Origin: Eledone cirrhosa
Taxonomy: Eukaryota
Direction: 5' to 3'
DNA: 64,000 bases
Assembly: GCA_964016885.1 (NCBI GenBank)
Contig: OZ024742.1
Span: 251,348,001 to 251,412,000 of the forward strand
Below, piece by piece: positions 1-12,300 of this stretch. The position numbers were made by a program, and so were the translations under genes. Positions within the stretch are counted from its first letter, which is position 1. Each line of letters starts with the position of its first letter. The notes beneath the pieces were generated by a model. That model was not told the DNA's origin and did no database searches. It worked only from the letters and a program-made list of their open reading frames with translations.

Positions 1-2790
1 ACCAACACCACCACAACCAATACTACCACCACAACCAACACCACCGCAGCCAACACCACCACAGCCAATACTAGAACCACAACCAACACCACCACAGCCA
101 ACACCACCACAGCCAATACTACCACCACTACCAACACCACCACAACCAACACCACCACAACAAACACTACCACCACTACCAACACCACCACAACCAACAC
201 CACCACAACAAACACTACCACCACTACCAACACCACCACAGCCACCACCACCACAACCAACACTACCACAGCCAACACCACCGCAGCCAACACCACCACA
301 GCCAATACTACCACCACAACCAACACCACCACAACCAACACTACCACCACAACCAACACCACCGCAGCCAACACCACCACAGCCAATACTACCACCACAA
401 CCAACACCATCACAGCCAATACTACCACCACAACCAACACCACCACAGCCAATACTACCACCACAACCAACGCCACCACAGCCAATACTACCACCACAAC
501 CAACACCACCACAGCCAATACTACCACCACAACCAATACTACCACCACAACAAACACTACCACCAAAACCAACACCACCGCAGCCAACACCACCACAGCC
601 AATACTACCACCACAACCAACACCACCACAACAAACACTACCACCACTACCAACACCACCACAGCCAATACTACCACCACAACCAACACCACCACCACCA
701 CAACCAATACTACCACCGCAGCCAACACCACCACAGCCAATACTACCACCACAACCAACACCACCACTGGCAATACTACCACCACAGCCAACGCCACCAC
801 AACAAACACTACCACCACAACCAACACCACCACAGCCAACACCACCACAACCAACACTACCACAACAAACACTACCACCACAACCAACACCACCACAGCC
901 AATACTACCACCACAGCCAACACCACCACAGCCAACACCACCACAACAAACACTACCACCACAACCAACACCACCACAGCCAATACTACCACCACAGCCA
1001 ACACCACCACAACAAATACTACCACCACAGCCAACACCACCACAGCCAATACTACCACCACAACCAACACCACCACAGCCAACACCACCACAACCAATAC
1101 TACCACCACAACCAACACCACCACAGCCAATACTACCACCACAACCAACACCACCACAGCCAACACGACCACAACCAATACTACCACCACAACCAACACC
1201 ACCACAACCAATACTACCACAACCAACACCACCACAGCCAACACCACCACAACCAATACTACCACCATAACCAACACCACCACAACCAACACTACCACCA
1301 CAACCAACACCACCACAGCCAACACCACCATAACCAATACTACCACCATAACCAACACCACCACAACCAATACTACCACCACAACCAACACCACCACAGC
1401 CAACACCACCACAACCAATACTACCACCACAACCAACACCACTACAACCAACACCACCACAGCCAACACAACCACATCCAATACTACCACCACAAGCAAC
1501 ACCACCACAGCCAACACCACCACAACCAACACCACCACAGCCAACACCACCACAACCAATACTACCACCACAACCAACACCACTACAACCAACACCACCA
1601 CAGCCAACACAACCACATCCAATACTACCACCACAAGCAACACCACCACAACCAACACCACAACAGCCAATACTACCAACACCACAACCAACACCACCAC
1701 AACCAATACTACCACAACCAATACTACCACCACAACCAACACCACCACAACCAAGACTACCACAGCCAACACCACCACAACCAATACTACCACCACAACC
1801 AACATTACCACAGCCAACACCACCACAACCAATACTACCACCACAACCAACACCACCACAGCCAACACCACCACAACCAACACTACCACCACAACCAACA
1901 CCACCACAGCCAACACCACCACAACCAACACCACTACAGCCAACACCACCCCAACCAATACTACCACCACAACCAATACTACCACCACAACCAACACCAC
2001 CACAGCCAACACCACCCCAACCAATACTACCACCACAACCAACACCACCACAACCAACACCACTACAGCCAACACCACCCCAACCAATACTACCACCACA
2101 ACCAATACTACCACCACAACCAACACCACCACAGCCAACACCACCACAACCAACACCACTACAGCCAACACCACCCCAACCAATACTACCACCACAACCA
2201 ATACTACCACCACAACCAACACCACCACAGCCAACACCACCCCAACCAATACTACCACCACAACCAACACCACCACAACCAACACCACTACAGCCAACAC
2301 CACCCCAACCAATACTACCACCACAACCAATACTACCACCACAACCAACACCACCACAGCCAACACCACCCCAACCAATACTACCACAACCAATACTACC
2401 ACCACAACCAACACCACCACAACCAACACTACCACAGCCAACACCACCACAACCAATACTACCACCACAACCAACACCACCACAGCCAACACCACCACAA
2501 CCAACACCACTACAGCCAACACCACCACAACCAATACTACCACCACAACCAATACTACCACCACAACCAACACCACCACAGCCAACACCACCACAACCAA
2601 CACCACTACAGCCAACACCACCCCAACCAATACTACCACCACAACCAATACTACCACCACAACCAACACCACCACAGCCAACACCACCCCAACCAATACT
2701 ACCACCACAACCAACACCACCACAGCCAACACCACCACAACCAATACTACCACCACAACCAACACCACCACTATCAACACCAATACAAAC
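1..2790. repeat. Triplet-based minisatellite (15/18-bp units ACCAACACCACCACA / GCCAATACTACCACCACA), intronic, truncated by window start
   Basis: Continuous ACC/ACA/AAC/AAT/ACT/GCC triplets; ends ~80 bp before the exon acceptor at 2869-2870. Confidence 0.95.
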
Positions 2791-2870
2791 ATTGACAGTC
2801 ATTGAGACTTAATATATTTCTGCTGTGTCATCTATAACCTCTTTCACCTTTACTTTATCTGGAATACCAG

Positions 2871-2988
2871 GCCAAGATAGTGGAGGCCCTGCTTGGTTAT
2901 GAAGTAATGCAAGTGTCATGTGGGGCATCACATGTCTTAGCAGTGACTAATGAACATGAAGTATTTGCCTGGGGACGTGGAGACAATG
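2871..2988 (+). CDS. NEK8: NEK8-like kinase, RCC1-domain exon A (AKIVEALLGYEVMQVSCGASHVLAVTNEHEVFAWGRGDN-G)
   Basis: Pyrimidine tract and CAG at 2868-2870, GTAAGT at 2989; 118 nt, phase 0 to 1. Peptide closely resembles vertebrate NEK8 as I recall it (IVEALLGYE..QV.CGASHVLA...E.FAWGRGD.GRLG). Confidence 0.92.
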
Positions 2989-3019
2989 GTAAGTGGTATG
3001 AACAGAAAAGTCACTCCTT

Positions 3020-3350
3020 ATATCATCATCATCATCATTTTACGTCCACTTTTCCCTGCTTGCAAGGGTGGGACGGGAACTGATTCTACAGCTGGGTGCC
3101 CTTCCTAACACCAACCTCATTTACAGTGAGTGCTGGGTGGTTTTTTGCCGTGGCACCTCCACGACCACTTTGCAGTGGAATGATAGGGACCCCCAGTCCC
3201 TATCATCTCATTTCTACAGCTGAGTAAACTGGAGCAATGTGAAATAAAGTGTCTTGCTCAAGGAAACAACACATCACCCGGTCTGAGAATTGAACTCACA
3301 ACCTTTCGATTGCAAGCCCAATGCTCTAACCACTAAGCCATGTGCTTTCA
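3020..3350 (-). mobile_element. tRNA-derived SINE with RTE-type 3' tail
   Basis: Minus strand: A-box TGGCTTAGTGG, B-box GAGTTCAATTC, core GTGTTGTTTCCTTGAGCAAGACACTTT, tail CCCTTGCAAGCAGGGAAAAGTGGACGTAAAA(TGA)n shared with RTE LINE ends at 47595-47632; sister copy at 48215-48548. Confidence 0.85.
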
Positions 3351-3453
3351 CTATATATATATATGTGTGTGTGTTTGTTTGTTTGTGTGTGTATATATGT
3401 ATATATATATATATATGTGAATGTATATATACATGCGTGTATATATGCATGTG

Positions 3454-3492
<39 letters not shown>
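3351..3492. repeat. (TA)n/(TG)n compound microsatellite
   Basis: Direct reading. Confidence 0.95.
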
Positions 3493-3497
<5 letters not shown>

Positions 3498-4441
3498 CAT
3501 ACCTTTGGAGGGTCATGCTCCTCCAAAAAAAACACACGCACCTGTTGATTTTCACTTCAATTTATTATAAATTTCGAGTTGGTTGGTTGGTTGGTTCAAA
3601 AACCAGTTGGTTGTTTGTATATTGTCAAAGCTCTTTCATCACACATTCTGTGACTTCCTCAGTGACTAGGTTTTTATTTTGTGTCTCTCCTTTGTTCTGA
3701 GCTACACCATCTTGTTTTTATGTGTTGTGTGCTTAGTTTGCGCATGCGTTACATCTGGATGTGTGTGTGTGATTTTATTTAATATATGTTTATTTACTTG
3801 TCAATAGCTGGTTGTTTGTTCTATCTGTGTGTGTCTGATTTGTTTTGTTAGTTTGGTTTTTGTGTGTGTCTGTATGTCTTCATTTTGTCCTTTATTACTA
3901 GTTGTGAGGCTGCTATTCCACTCAGGTTTTCTGTTTAATTTTGGTTGGAGTTTGTTTATGTTTGTAGCCTCTGTGATTTGTCTGAGTATTGCATCTTTTC
4001 TGTGTGTGGATATAATTTTTATTTCTATGTTCTCTAATGTGCCCCTATGTTCTATTTTGGCATGTTGGAGCACTGATGTGGAGTACTGATGAGTTTTTCC
4101 CATCCTGGAGTTCTGGCCAGTTTTCACTTAGCTTTTCTCCTATGCTACGGGCTGTTTTGCCTATCTATATTATGTTCTTATTCCTACACTGTCCCTCAGT
4201 ACATCTTATGCTATATACTACATTCCTAGTTTTGCAGTTACTTTGCAGGCTTAGCTTGCAGACTATGCATTTGCTGGGATATAACAAACCATACAATGAC
4301 ATTTAGAACCGGGGAAGAAAAAATGTTACACAGTGTTATCGAACCAACCAACAAGCCAGAAATTTATAATAAATTGAAGTTGAAACCAACAGATGCTTGT
4401 GTTTTTATTGGCAGCATGACCCTCCCAAAGTATAACAATAT
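3491..4441 (-). mobile_element. Penelope-like element fragment (GIY-YIG endonuclease) bounded by inverted terminal segments
   Basis: Minus strand reads NCKTRNVVYSIRC..C..NII*IGKTARS then SVLQHAK..IEIKII...LRQITEA..I..LQPKLN..PEW; 3491-3598 is the reverse complement of 4341-4441. Confidence 0.8.
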
Positions 4442-4519
4442 CTGTTTCAACACATGTTTTCAGATAAGAAATCTTTCAAAACAAATTCAAAAACAAAGTA
4501 TATATATATATAGTACCTA

Positions 4520-5620
4520 GTACCTAGCTAAAAGTAAACCCCTCTACTTAGCTTTTATTGACTTGGAGAAAGCCTTTGACATAGTCCCCCCTCTCCATTA
4601 TCTGGTGGGCCCTTAGAAAACTAGGTGTAGATGAATGGCTTGTGAGAGCTATACAAGCCATGGATAAAGAAACAGTCAGCAAGGTTAGAATTAACAATGA
4701 ATATAGTGAAGAATTTAGCGTAAAAGTTGGTGTTCATTAAGGCTCTGTCCTTAGCCCCTCCTATTTATTATTGCCCTTCAGGCTATAACAGAGGAGTTCA
4801 AGACCGGTTGCCCATGGGAACTCCTATACGCAGATGATCTAATGCTCATAGCTGAATCAATGGCTGAACTAGAGAAGAAATTCCAAACATGGAAGCATGG
4901 CCTGGAATCAAAGGACCTTAAAGTTAGCTTGTCTAAGACTAAAGTTCTAGTATGTAGAAAGGAAAGTAGGGCACAGGTGCCCTCTGGGAAATGGCCATGC
5001 TCAGTGTGTAGGAAAGGAGTAGGTAGAAATTCCATGTTATGTCCCAAATGCAAACTATGGGTACATAAAAGATGTAGTGGGATCACAGGTAAGCTATCTA
5101 AGAACATAGATTTTATATGTGGCCAATGCTCAGGTGCAATAAGTAGCAAGTGCCCACAGGATACTAGCTCCTTCTATTGCCCAGATGGTTCTATAGAAAT
5201 AGTGAACACTTTCCGTTACCTGGGTGACAAAATCAGCAGTGGGGGAGGGTGCTCTGAAAGTACAGTAGCCAGAGTCAGAACAGGATGGAAAAAGAGCTTA
5301 TACTGCTGTTGACCACAAAAGGTTTCTTTTGCATGCTCTGTTGGATGTGTAGTAGTAACATATATGAACGGCAAAACATAAATGAACTAAGTGAGAAATT
5401 AGGAATAAGAGGGATCAGATGCTGTTTACGTGAGAGAAGACTACGTTGGTATGGTCACGTGATGCACATGAAAGATGACAGCTGTATAAAAAAGTGCAGG
5501 GCGATTTGATAAATTCCGATCTTACACAGTTGCACCTCTCTAAGACAATGTCACTGGACCGAGATCTTTGGCGCCATGCCGTAATACAGAAGACCTGCTT
5601 TGCCTATGTACAAAGTGAAA
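4520..5620 (+). mobile_element. RTE-clade LINE fragment (RT 3' half, decayed)
   Basis: PLYLAFIDLEKAFD, ELLYADDL, KWPCSVCRKGVG..C..C..WVHKRC, FRYLGD, RRLRWYGHV; stops and frameshifts. Confidence 0.9.
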
Positions 5621-5839
5621 CCTACAGTCAGTAGGCACCTCTTAACCATATATACACCCCAACCCACTACCTCTACTCCATCCTCCAACTCCCACCAACT
5701 TTCTCACCCTTTCTCTGTAAAGTTTATGTTGGTACCACAACATCCAGTCCAAACTAATGAGGTTGTGTAGGTGTAACGACAAACAAACACACAGTCCATG
5801 CTGTAATGTGGCCATGTAGGTAACACAGTAAAAAGCTCC

Positions 5840-6012
5840 CAGTCCACACTGTAAATGTGTTTGGTGTTAGGAAGGGCATCCAGCGGTAGAAAACCTTCCA
5901 GGTAGTCCTATATGAGCGAGACACGGTCACCCGACCAATCTTGCCTCAAGTGGGACAATTCCCATCGAACCCATGCTAGCGTAGAAGATAGACGTTTAAT
6001 GATGATGATGAT
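5840..6012 (+). mobile_element. 3' part of RTE-tailed SINE
   Basis: GGTGTTAGGAAGGGCATCCAGC.GTAGAAA ... ACCCATGCTAGCGT..AAGA..GACGT..(ATG)n. Confidence 0.7.
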
Positions 6013-6357
6013 ATATATATAATTCAACACACTATATAGCAACATGTGAAAAAAAACTATATCCAACACAAATCAAAATGAAAATTTGAAAAGCTACTCA
6101 GAATGAAACCGATTAATGCAAAACTAAATAGATAATCATGACTATTTCTGAACACCCACCTATATTTTTATAAAATACTATAATTTATTTGGTATGAACT
6201 AATTTTTTCTTGCTGTATATTGTAAATGTGCTTGTATATAAAAAAAAATATTAGGTGCATCTTCAGATTTTTACGATATCATGATTTGTACAGAATTCTT
6301 TAATTTTCTAATATTTTGATTTTTCACTAAATATATATATTCGTATAGTTCACCAGA

Positions 6358-7005
6358 GAGCTCAATTTGTCCTATGCCTCTCTGTTTTGTTTCGTCCCAA
6401 TGTACACTGGAATGAATGGTATCAGCTTTAATACACTGAAACTATAGGGATTTGCAGACTGAAGGACTGTTCATTTTTCTGTTGTTTTTTCTGTTGTCTT
6501 TATTTTGTGCCTCCCTCCCCACAAACATATACACTTTTTTTAATTCTTATTCAATATAGTCTTAGATACACAGGTCTTTTTTAACTATCTACAAATAGAC
6601 ACTACACAGCCCATTATCAATCTTCCTCTCTTTGGCCTCTGCTTCTATTTCTCTCTTTCATCCTTGCTTTCTCCTGTCCCTATGTAATTTTTCTCCGTCT
6701 TTGTAGGTTTGTAGTGCAAACTATTTTTTCGATTTTTCTATTTTTGGCTAAGCTACTGTACACTGCATTTCTATGTCTTCCTTTTCAGTTGAAGCGCATT
6801 GGTTTATAGCATTTTTTTCATCTTTATTTGTGTAATTTACTGAAAGGCACAATTTGTCCTGTGTCTCTCCCTCCTTTTGTTTCATCCCATGTGCATTGGA
6901 ATGAATAGTACAACTTTAATGTACCAAAATTATAGGGATTATCAGAAGTTGATAGAAGAGAAGGGACTGTTTGTTTTTCCATTGTCTTTGTTTTGTGTGC
7001 CTCCC
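6358..7005 (+). repeat. Diverged direct repeat pair (~150 bp; 6358-6520 and 6845-7005)
   Basis: Shared CAATTTGTCCT.TG.CTCT...TTTTGTTTC.TCCCA...GGAATGAAT.GTA...CTTTAAT...TATAGGGATT. Confidence 0.65.
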
Positions 7006-7184
7006 TTTTTTAGCATATATATACATGTATATATATATATATATATATTTCACTCTGAAAGAAAACTCATTTGTAGCCAGCAGAGGTAGTAGCTTCCCAA
7101 ACATTTTCAATTTGTTCTCATCCTGGATACTACTGTACATACTGAATACATACCTCTGCTAATAATTTAGTCACCCAGAGATCC

Positions 7185-7216
<32 letters not shown>

Positions 7217-7340
7217 GCAAAACGTAAATAGAAATAACAAAGCAAACAACACAGTATAACAAAGAAATATATTAGTTTAACACTTGATATTGTAGGAAAA
7301 GAGTCTTCATGTTTTGGACACCAGTCCTTCATCAGAAGGG
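7217..7340 (-). mobile_element. Penelope-like terminal (pLTR) fragment with degenerate hammerhead ribozyme at 7304-7339
   Basis: Homologous to 56179-56302; minus strand CCTT CTGATGAA GGAC TGGT GTCC AAAA CATG AAGA. Confidence 0.7.
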
Positions 7341-7374
7341 GTTGATTTTGGCTTGTATATATATATATATATAT

Positions 7375-7720
7375 AATCACCGTTTTATGTCCATTCTTCC
7401 ATGCTAGCATGGGTTAGATGCGTTGTCCTGTTGTGGGAAATACCAGGTCGGGTGACCTTGTCTTGCTCATACGGGAACTGCTTTTGGCTTGATTTCTACA
7501 GCTGGATGCTCTTCCTCACACCAACCTCATTTACAGTGAGTACTGGGTGCTTTTTTACCATGACGCCTACACATCCACTTTACAGTGTGGACTGGGTGCT
7601 TTTTTGTCGTGACATCTCCACGATCACTTTGCAGTGGAAGGGGGTGGGGGCATATTGTCTATATGCTTCAGCTTCAGCTTGTACTCATGGGAATAATATT
7701 ATTGCATGACGCCAGAGGTC
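7375..7720 (-). mobile_element. RTE-tailed SINE, sister of 45340-45685, with internal tandem duplication of the AAAAAAGCACCCAGT..ACTGTAAA motif
   Basis: Shared CAAGCTGAAGCATATAGACAATATGCCCCC and tail. Confidence 0.75.
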
Positions 7721-8094
7721 ACGGTCCTTTGAGAGGTGCAATTGGGCAACATCAGCTTTTATCACTCATCCCAGGTCTTCTTGGGTCTCCCCACTCCAAG
7801 GCTTCCATCGACTTTTAGTGCTCTGCACCTTTTTATGTCACCTGACCTGGCATTGCTCACAACAGGACAATTCGTCTAACCCATGCTAGCGTGGAAAAAT
7901 GGACGTTAAACAATGATGATGATGATGATATATATATATATACACACGACACATACATAATGACTCTTCTGTATGCAATATTATTTATTTACATACATCT
8001 ATCTATCTCTATTAGTATAACATCATGCAGTATTTTACATTATATTATATAGTACCCTGTATTATCTCACCTTGCTATCCTCATCCTCTTCCTC

Positions 8095-8820
8095 ACCATC
8101 ATTTACACATCCATTTTTCCAGGCTTGCATGAGTGAGATGAGTCCACTCTAATACAGCATTTGTATCAATTTTGCTGCACTTGTGATATTTATAGTTTTA
8201 GCTGGCTTGTTTTCTGGATGGATGCCTTTCCTATCACCAACCATTTTACAAAGTGGACTGGGTCCATTTTATCATGACACCATCCCCAGAGACTATGTCT
8301 GTCAGGACATAAATCTCTACAATGTATTAGTTTTAATTCAGAATGAAGTTGGAACCTGGAGGTTTGCCAATGTTTTGAAATGTGAGAATCAGAGACATGA
8401 AGTGTTCCACAACACAAAGCAGTTCATCTGTGAAAACTAAAGGAAAAGTGTTTGCGAAATGACACTGGTGCACTTAGCATCACTGACACACAAATGAAAA
8501 ATGCCTATAAATGCTACTATGAGAGGTTGATTTATGTGGGGAATAAGTATGAAGAGGAAAGACTACCTCTAGCTGATCCAACAAAGGGACCAGCAATTGA
8601 AATTTACAGTTATAGGGTCAAAGAAACATTCAAGAAAATGAAAAATGGTGAAGCTGCCAGTTCATCAGAAATAGTCACTGAGATGCTGAAATCTTCTGGT
8701 GAAGTAGAACTCAAACTAGTCACCTGCATAGTCAATCAGGTAAAACACAAGGAGGTCATACCCGATGACTAGTGTAACAATATACTCATTAATTATTACA
8801 AGAGAAAACAAGATATGTTT
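8095..8820. mobile_element. Old SINE tail (minus) plus RTE LINE internal fragment (plus)
   Basis: Peptide K.MKNG.A...SEIV.EMLK..G...L..LV..I.....VIP.DW-like, upstream of RTE RT. Confidence 0.6.
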
Positions 8821-8923
8821 TAAGCTGTGATCATATGTGTGTACATGTTTGTAATATAATATCCTATTTCTTTATTGATGTATTGACAATCTAACTTGTT
8901 TTCTTTTTACCATTACATCACAG

Positions 8924-9074
8924 GACGTCTTGGTTTAACCACCCAAGAAAGCTGCATTTCACCATCTGCTGTACCAATTCCCGAAAATATGCAGCCATTT
9001 TCTGTCCACTGCGGTGTGGATAGTTCCATTATTTTAACTGTCGACAAAAAGTTGCTAAGTTGTGGCAATAACAG
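8924..9074 (+). CDS. NEK8: NEK8-like exon B (G-RLGLTTQESCISPSAVPIPENMQPFSVHCGVDSSIILTVDKKLLSCGNN-R)
   Basis: Pyrimidine tract and CAG at 8921-8923, AG|GTATGT at 9075; 151 nt, phase 1 to 2, joins exon A in frame (GDN-G-RLG). Confidence 0.92.
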
Positions 9075-9306
9075 GTATGTCAACACACTACATATATCTC
9101 AACAACACCACACTATGTCAGCGCATCTCCTTTACCATCCTCCATGGAAACGCCTTCTCCATTCTGTCTGCTGGGGCCGTGGGGCAGCCAGCCCAGCACA
9201 TGAGACCCCATTTGATCATAATACAGAGAGATGGGGGGGGGGCAAGAGAGATGGAGGCGATGGCAGTAGGAGTTCAGCTTTTCTGTGTTCAGACATATTT
9301 ATCAAT

Positions 9307-12300
9307 TCTATGTCACCACACTGTCACCACACCACACCACACTATGTCACCACACCACACCACACTATGTCACCACACCACACTATGTCACCACACCACA
9401 CTATGTCACCACGCCACACTATGTCACCACACTGTGTTACCACACCACACTATGTCACCACACCACACTATGTCACCACACCACACTATGTCACAACACC
9501 ACACTATGTCACCACACCACACTATGTCACCACACCACACTGTGTTACCACACCACACTGTGTTACCACACCACACTATGTCAACACACCACACTATGTC
9601 AACACACCACACTATGTCAACACACCACACTATGTCACCACACCACACTATGTCACCACATCACACTATGTCACCACACCACACTATGTCACCACATCAC
9701 ACTATGTCACCACATCACACTATGTCACCACACCACACTATGTCAACACACCACACTATGTCACCACACCACACTATGTCACCACATCACACTATGTCAC
9801 CACATCACACTATGTCACCACACCACACTATGTCACCACATCACGCTATGTCACCACACCACACTATGTCAACACACCACACTATGTCACCACACCACAC
9901 TATGTCACCACACCACACTGTCACCACACTATGTCACCACATCACACTATGTCACCACACCATACTATGTTACCACACCACACTATGTCACCCCACCACA
10001 CTGTCACCACACCACACTATGTCAACACACCACACTGTCACCACACCACACTATGTCACCACATCACACTATGTCACCACACGACACTGTCACCACACCA
10101 CACTATGTCGCCACACCACACTATGTCACCACGCCATACTATGTCAACACGCCACACTATGTCACCACATCACACTATGTCAGCACACCACACTGTCACC
10201 ACATCACACTATGTCAACACACCACACTATGTCACCACACCACACTATGTCACCACACCATACTATGTCACCACACCACACTGTCACCACACTATGTCAA
10301 CACACAACACTATGTCACCACACCACACTATGTCGCCACACCACACTATGTCACCACACCACACTATGTCAACACACCACACTATGTCGCCACCCCACAC
10401 TATGTCACCACACCACACTATGTCAACACACCACACTATGTCACCACACCACACTATGTCACCACACCATACTATGTCACCACACCACACTGTCACCACA
10501 CTATGTCACAACATCACACTATGTCACCACACCACACTATGTCACCACACCACACTGTCACCACACCACACTATGTCACCACACCACACTGTCACCACAC
10601 CACACTATGTCACCACATCACACTATGTCACCACACCACACTATGTCACCACACCACACTATGTCACCACACCACACTGTCACCACACCACACTATGTCA
10701 CCATACCACACTATGTCACCACACCACACTGTCACCACACCACACTATGTCACCACATCACACTATGTCAACACACGACACTGTCACCACACCACACTAT
10801 GTCACCACACCATACTATGTCAACACACCACACTATGTCAACACGCCACACTATGTCACCACACCACACTATGTCAGCACACCACACTATGTCACCACAC
10901 CACACTGTCACCACACCACACTATGTCACCACACCACACTATGTCACCACACCATACTATGTCAACACACCACACTATGTCAACACGCCACACTATGTCA
11001 CCACATCACACTATGTCAACACACCACACTATGTCACCACATCACACTATGTCAGCACACCACACTATGTCAACACATCACACTATGTCACCACACCACA
11101 CTATGTCACCACACCATACTATGTCACCACACCACACTATGTCACCACATCACACTATGTCAGCACACCACACTGTCACCACACCACACTATGTCAACAC
11201 ACCACACTATGTCACCACACCACACTATGTCACCACACCATACTATGTCAACACACCACACTATGTCAACACGCCACACTATGTCACCACATCACACTAT
11301 GTCAACACACCACACTATGTCACCACATCACACTATGTCACCACACCACACTATGTCGCCACACCACGCTATGTCACCACACCACACTATGTTACCACAC
11401 CACACTATGTCAACACACCACACTATGTCACCACACCACACTGTCACCACACTATGTCACCACATCACACTATGTCACCACACCACACTATGTCAACACA
11501 CCACACTATGTCACCACACCACACTATGTCACCACACCACACTGTCACCACATCACACTATGTCAACACACCACACTATGTCACCACACCACACTGTCAC
11601 CACACTATGTCACCACATCACACTATGTCACCACACCACACTATGTCAACACACCACACTATGTCGCCACCCCACACTATGTCACCACACCACACTATGT
11701 CACCACACCACACTGTCACCACACCACACTATGTCACCATACCACACTATGTCGCCACACCACACTATGTCACCACACCACACTATGTCACCACACCACA
11801 CTATGTCAACACACCACACTATGTCGCCACCCCACACTATGTCACCGCACCACACTATGTCACCACACCACACTGTCACCACACCACACTATGTCACCAC
11901 ACCACACTATGTCACCACACCACACTATGTCACCACACCACACTGTCACCACACCACACTATGTCACCATACCACACTATGTCACCACATCACACTATGT
12001 CACCACACCACACTATGTCACCACACTGTCACCACACCACACTATGTCACCATACCACACTATGTCACCACACCACACTATGTCACCACATCACACTATG
12101 TCACCACACCACACTATGTCACCACATCACACTATGTCAGCACACCACACTGTCACCACATCACACTATGTCAACACACCACACTATGTCACCACACCAT
12201 ACTATGTCACCACACCACACTGTCACCACACTATGTCACCACATCACACTATGTCACCACACCACACTATGTCAACACACCACACTATGTCACCACACCA

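Noticed and set aside
3275-3348. tRNA gene (also 48218-48290)
   Set aside because: A/B boxes are present but run into a SINE core and LINE-derived tail, with no clean cloverleaf
3274-3700. YI/VC-rich ORFs here and at 34972-35336, 48694-48909, 51093-51526, 61225-61575
   Set aside because: Dinucleotide microsatellite translations
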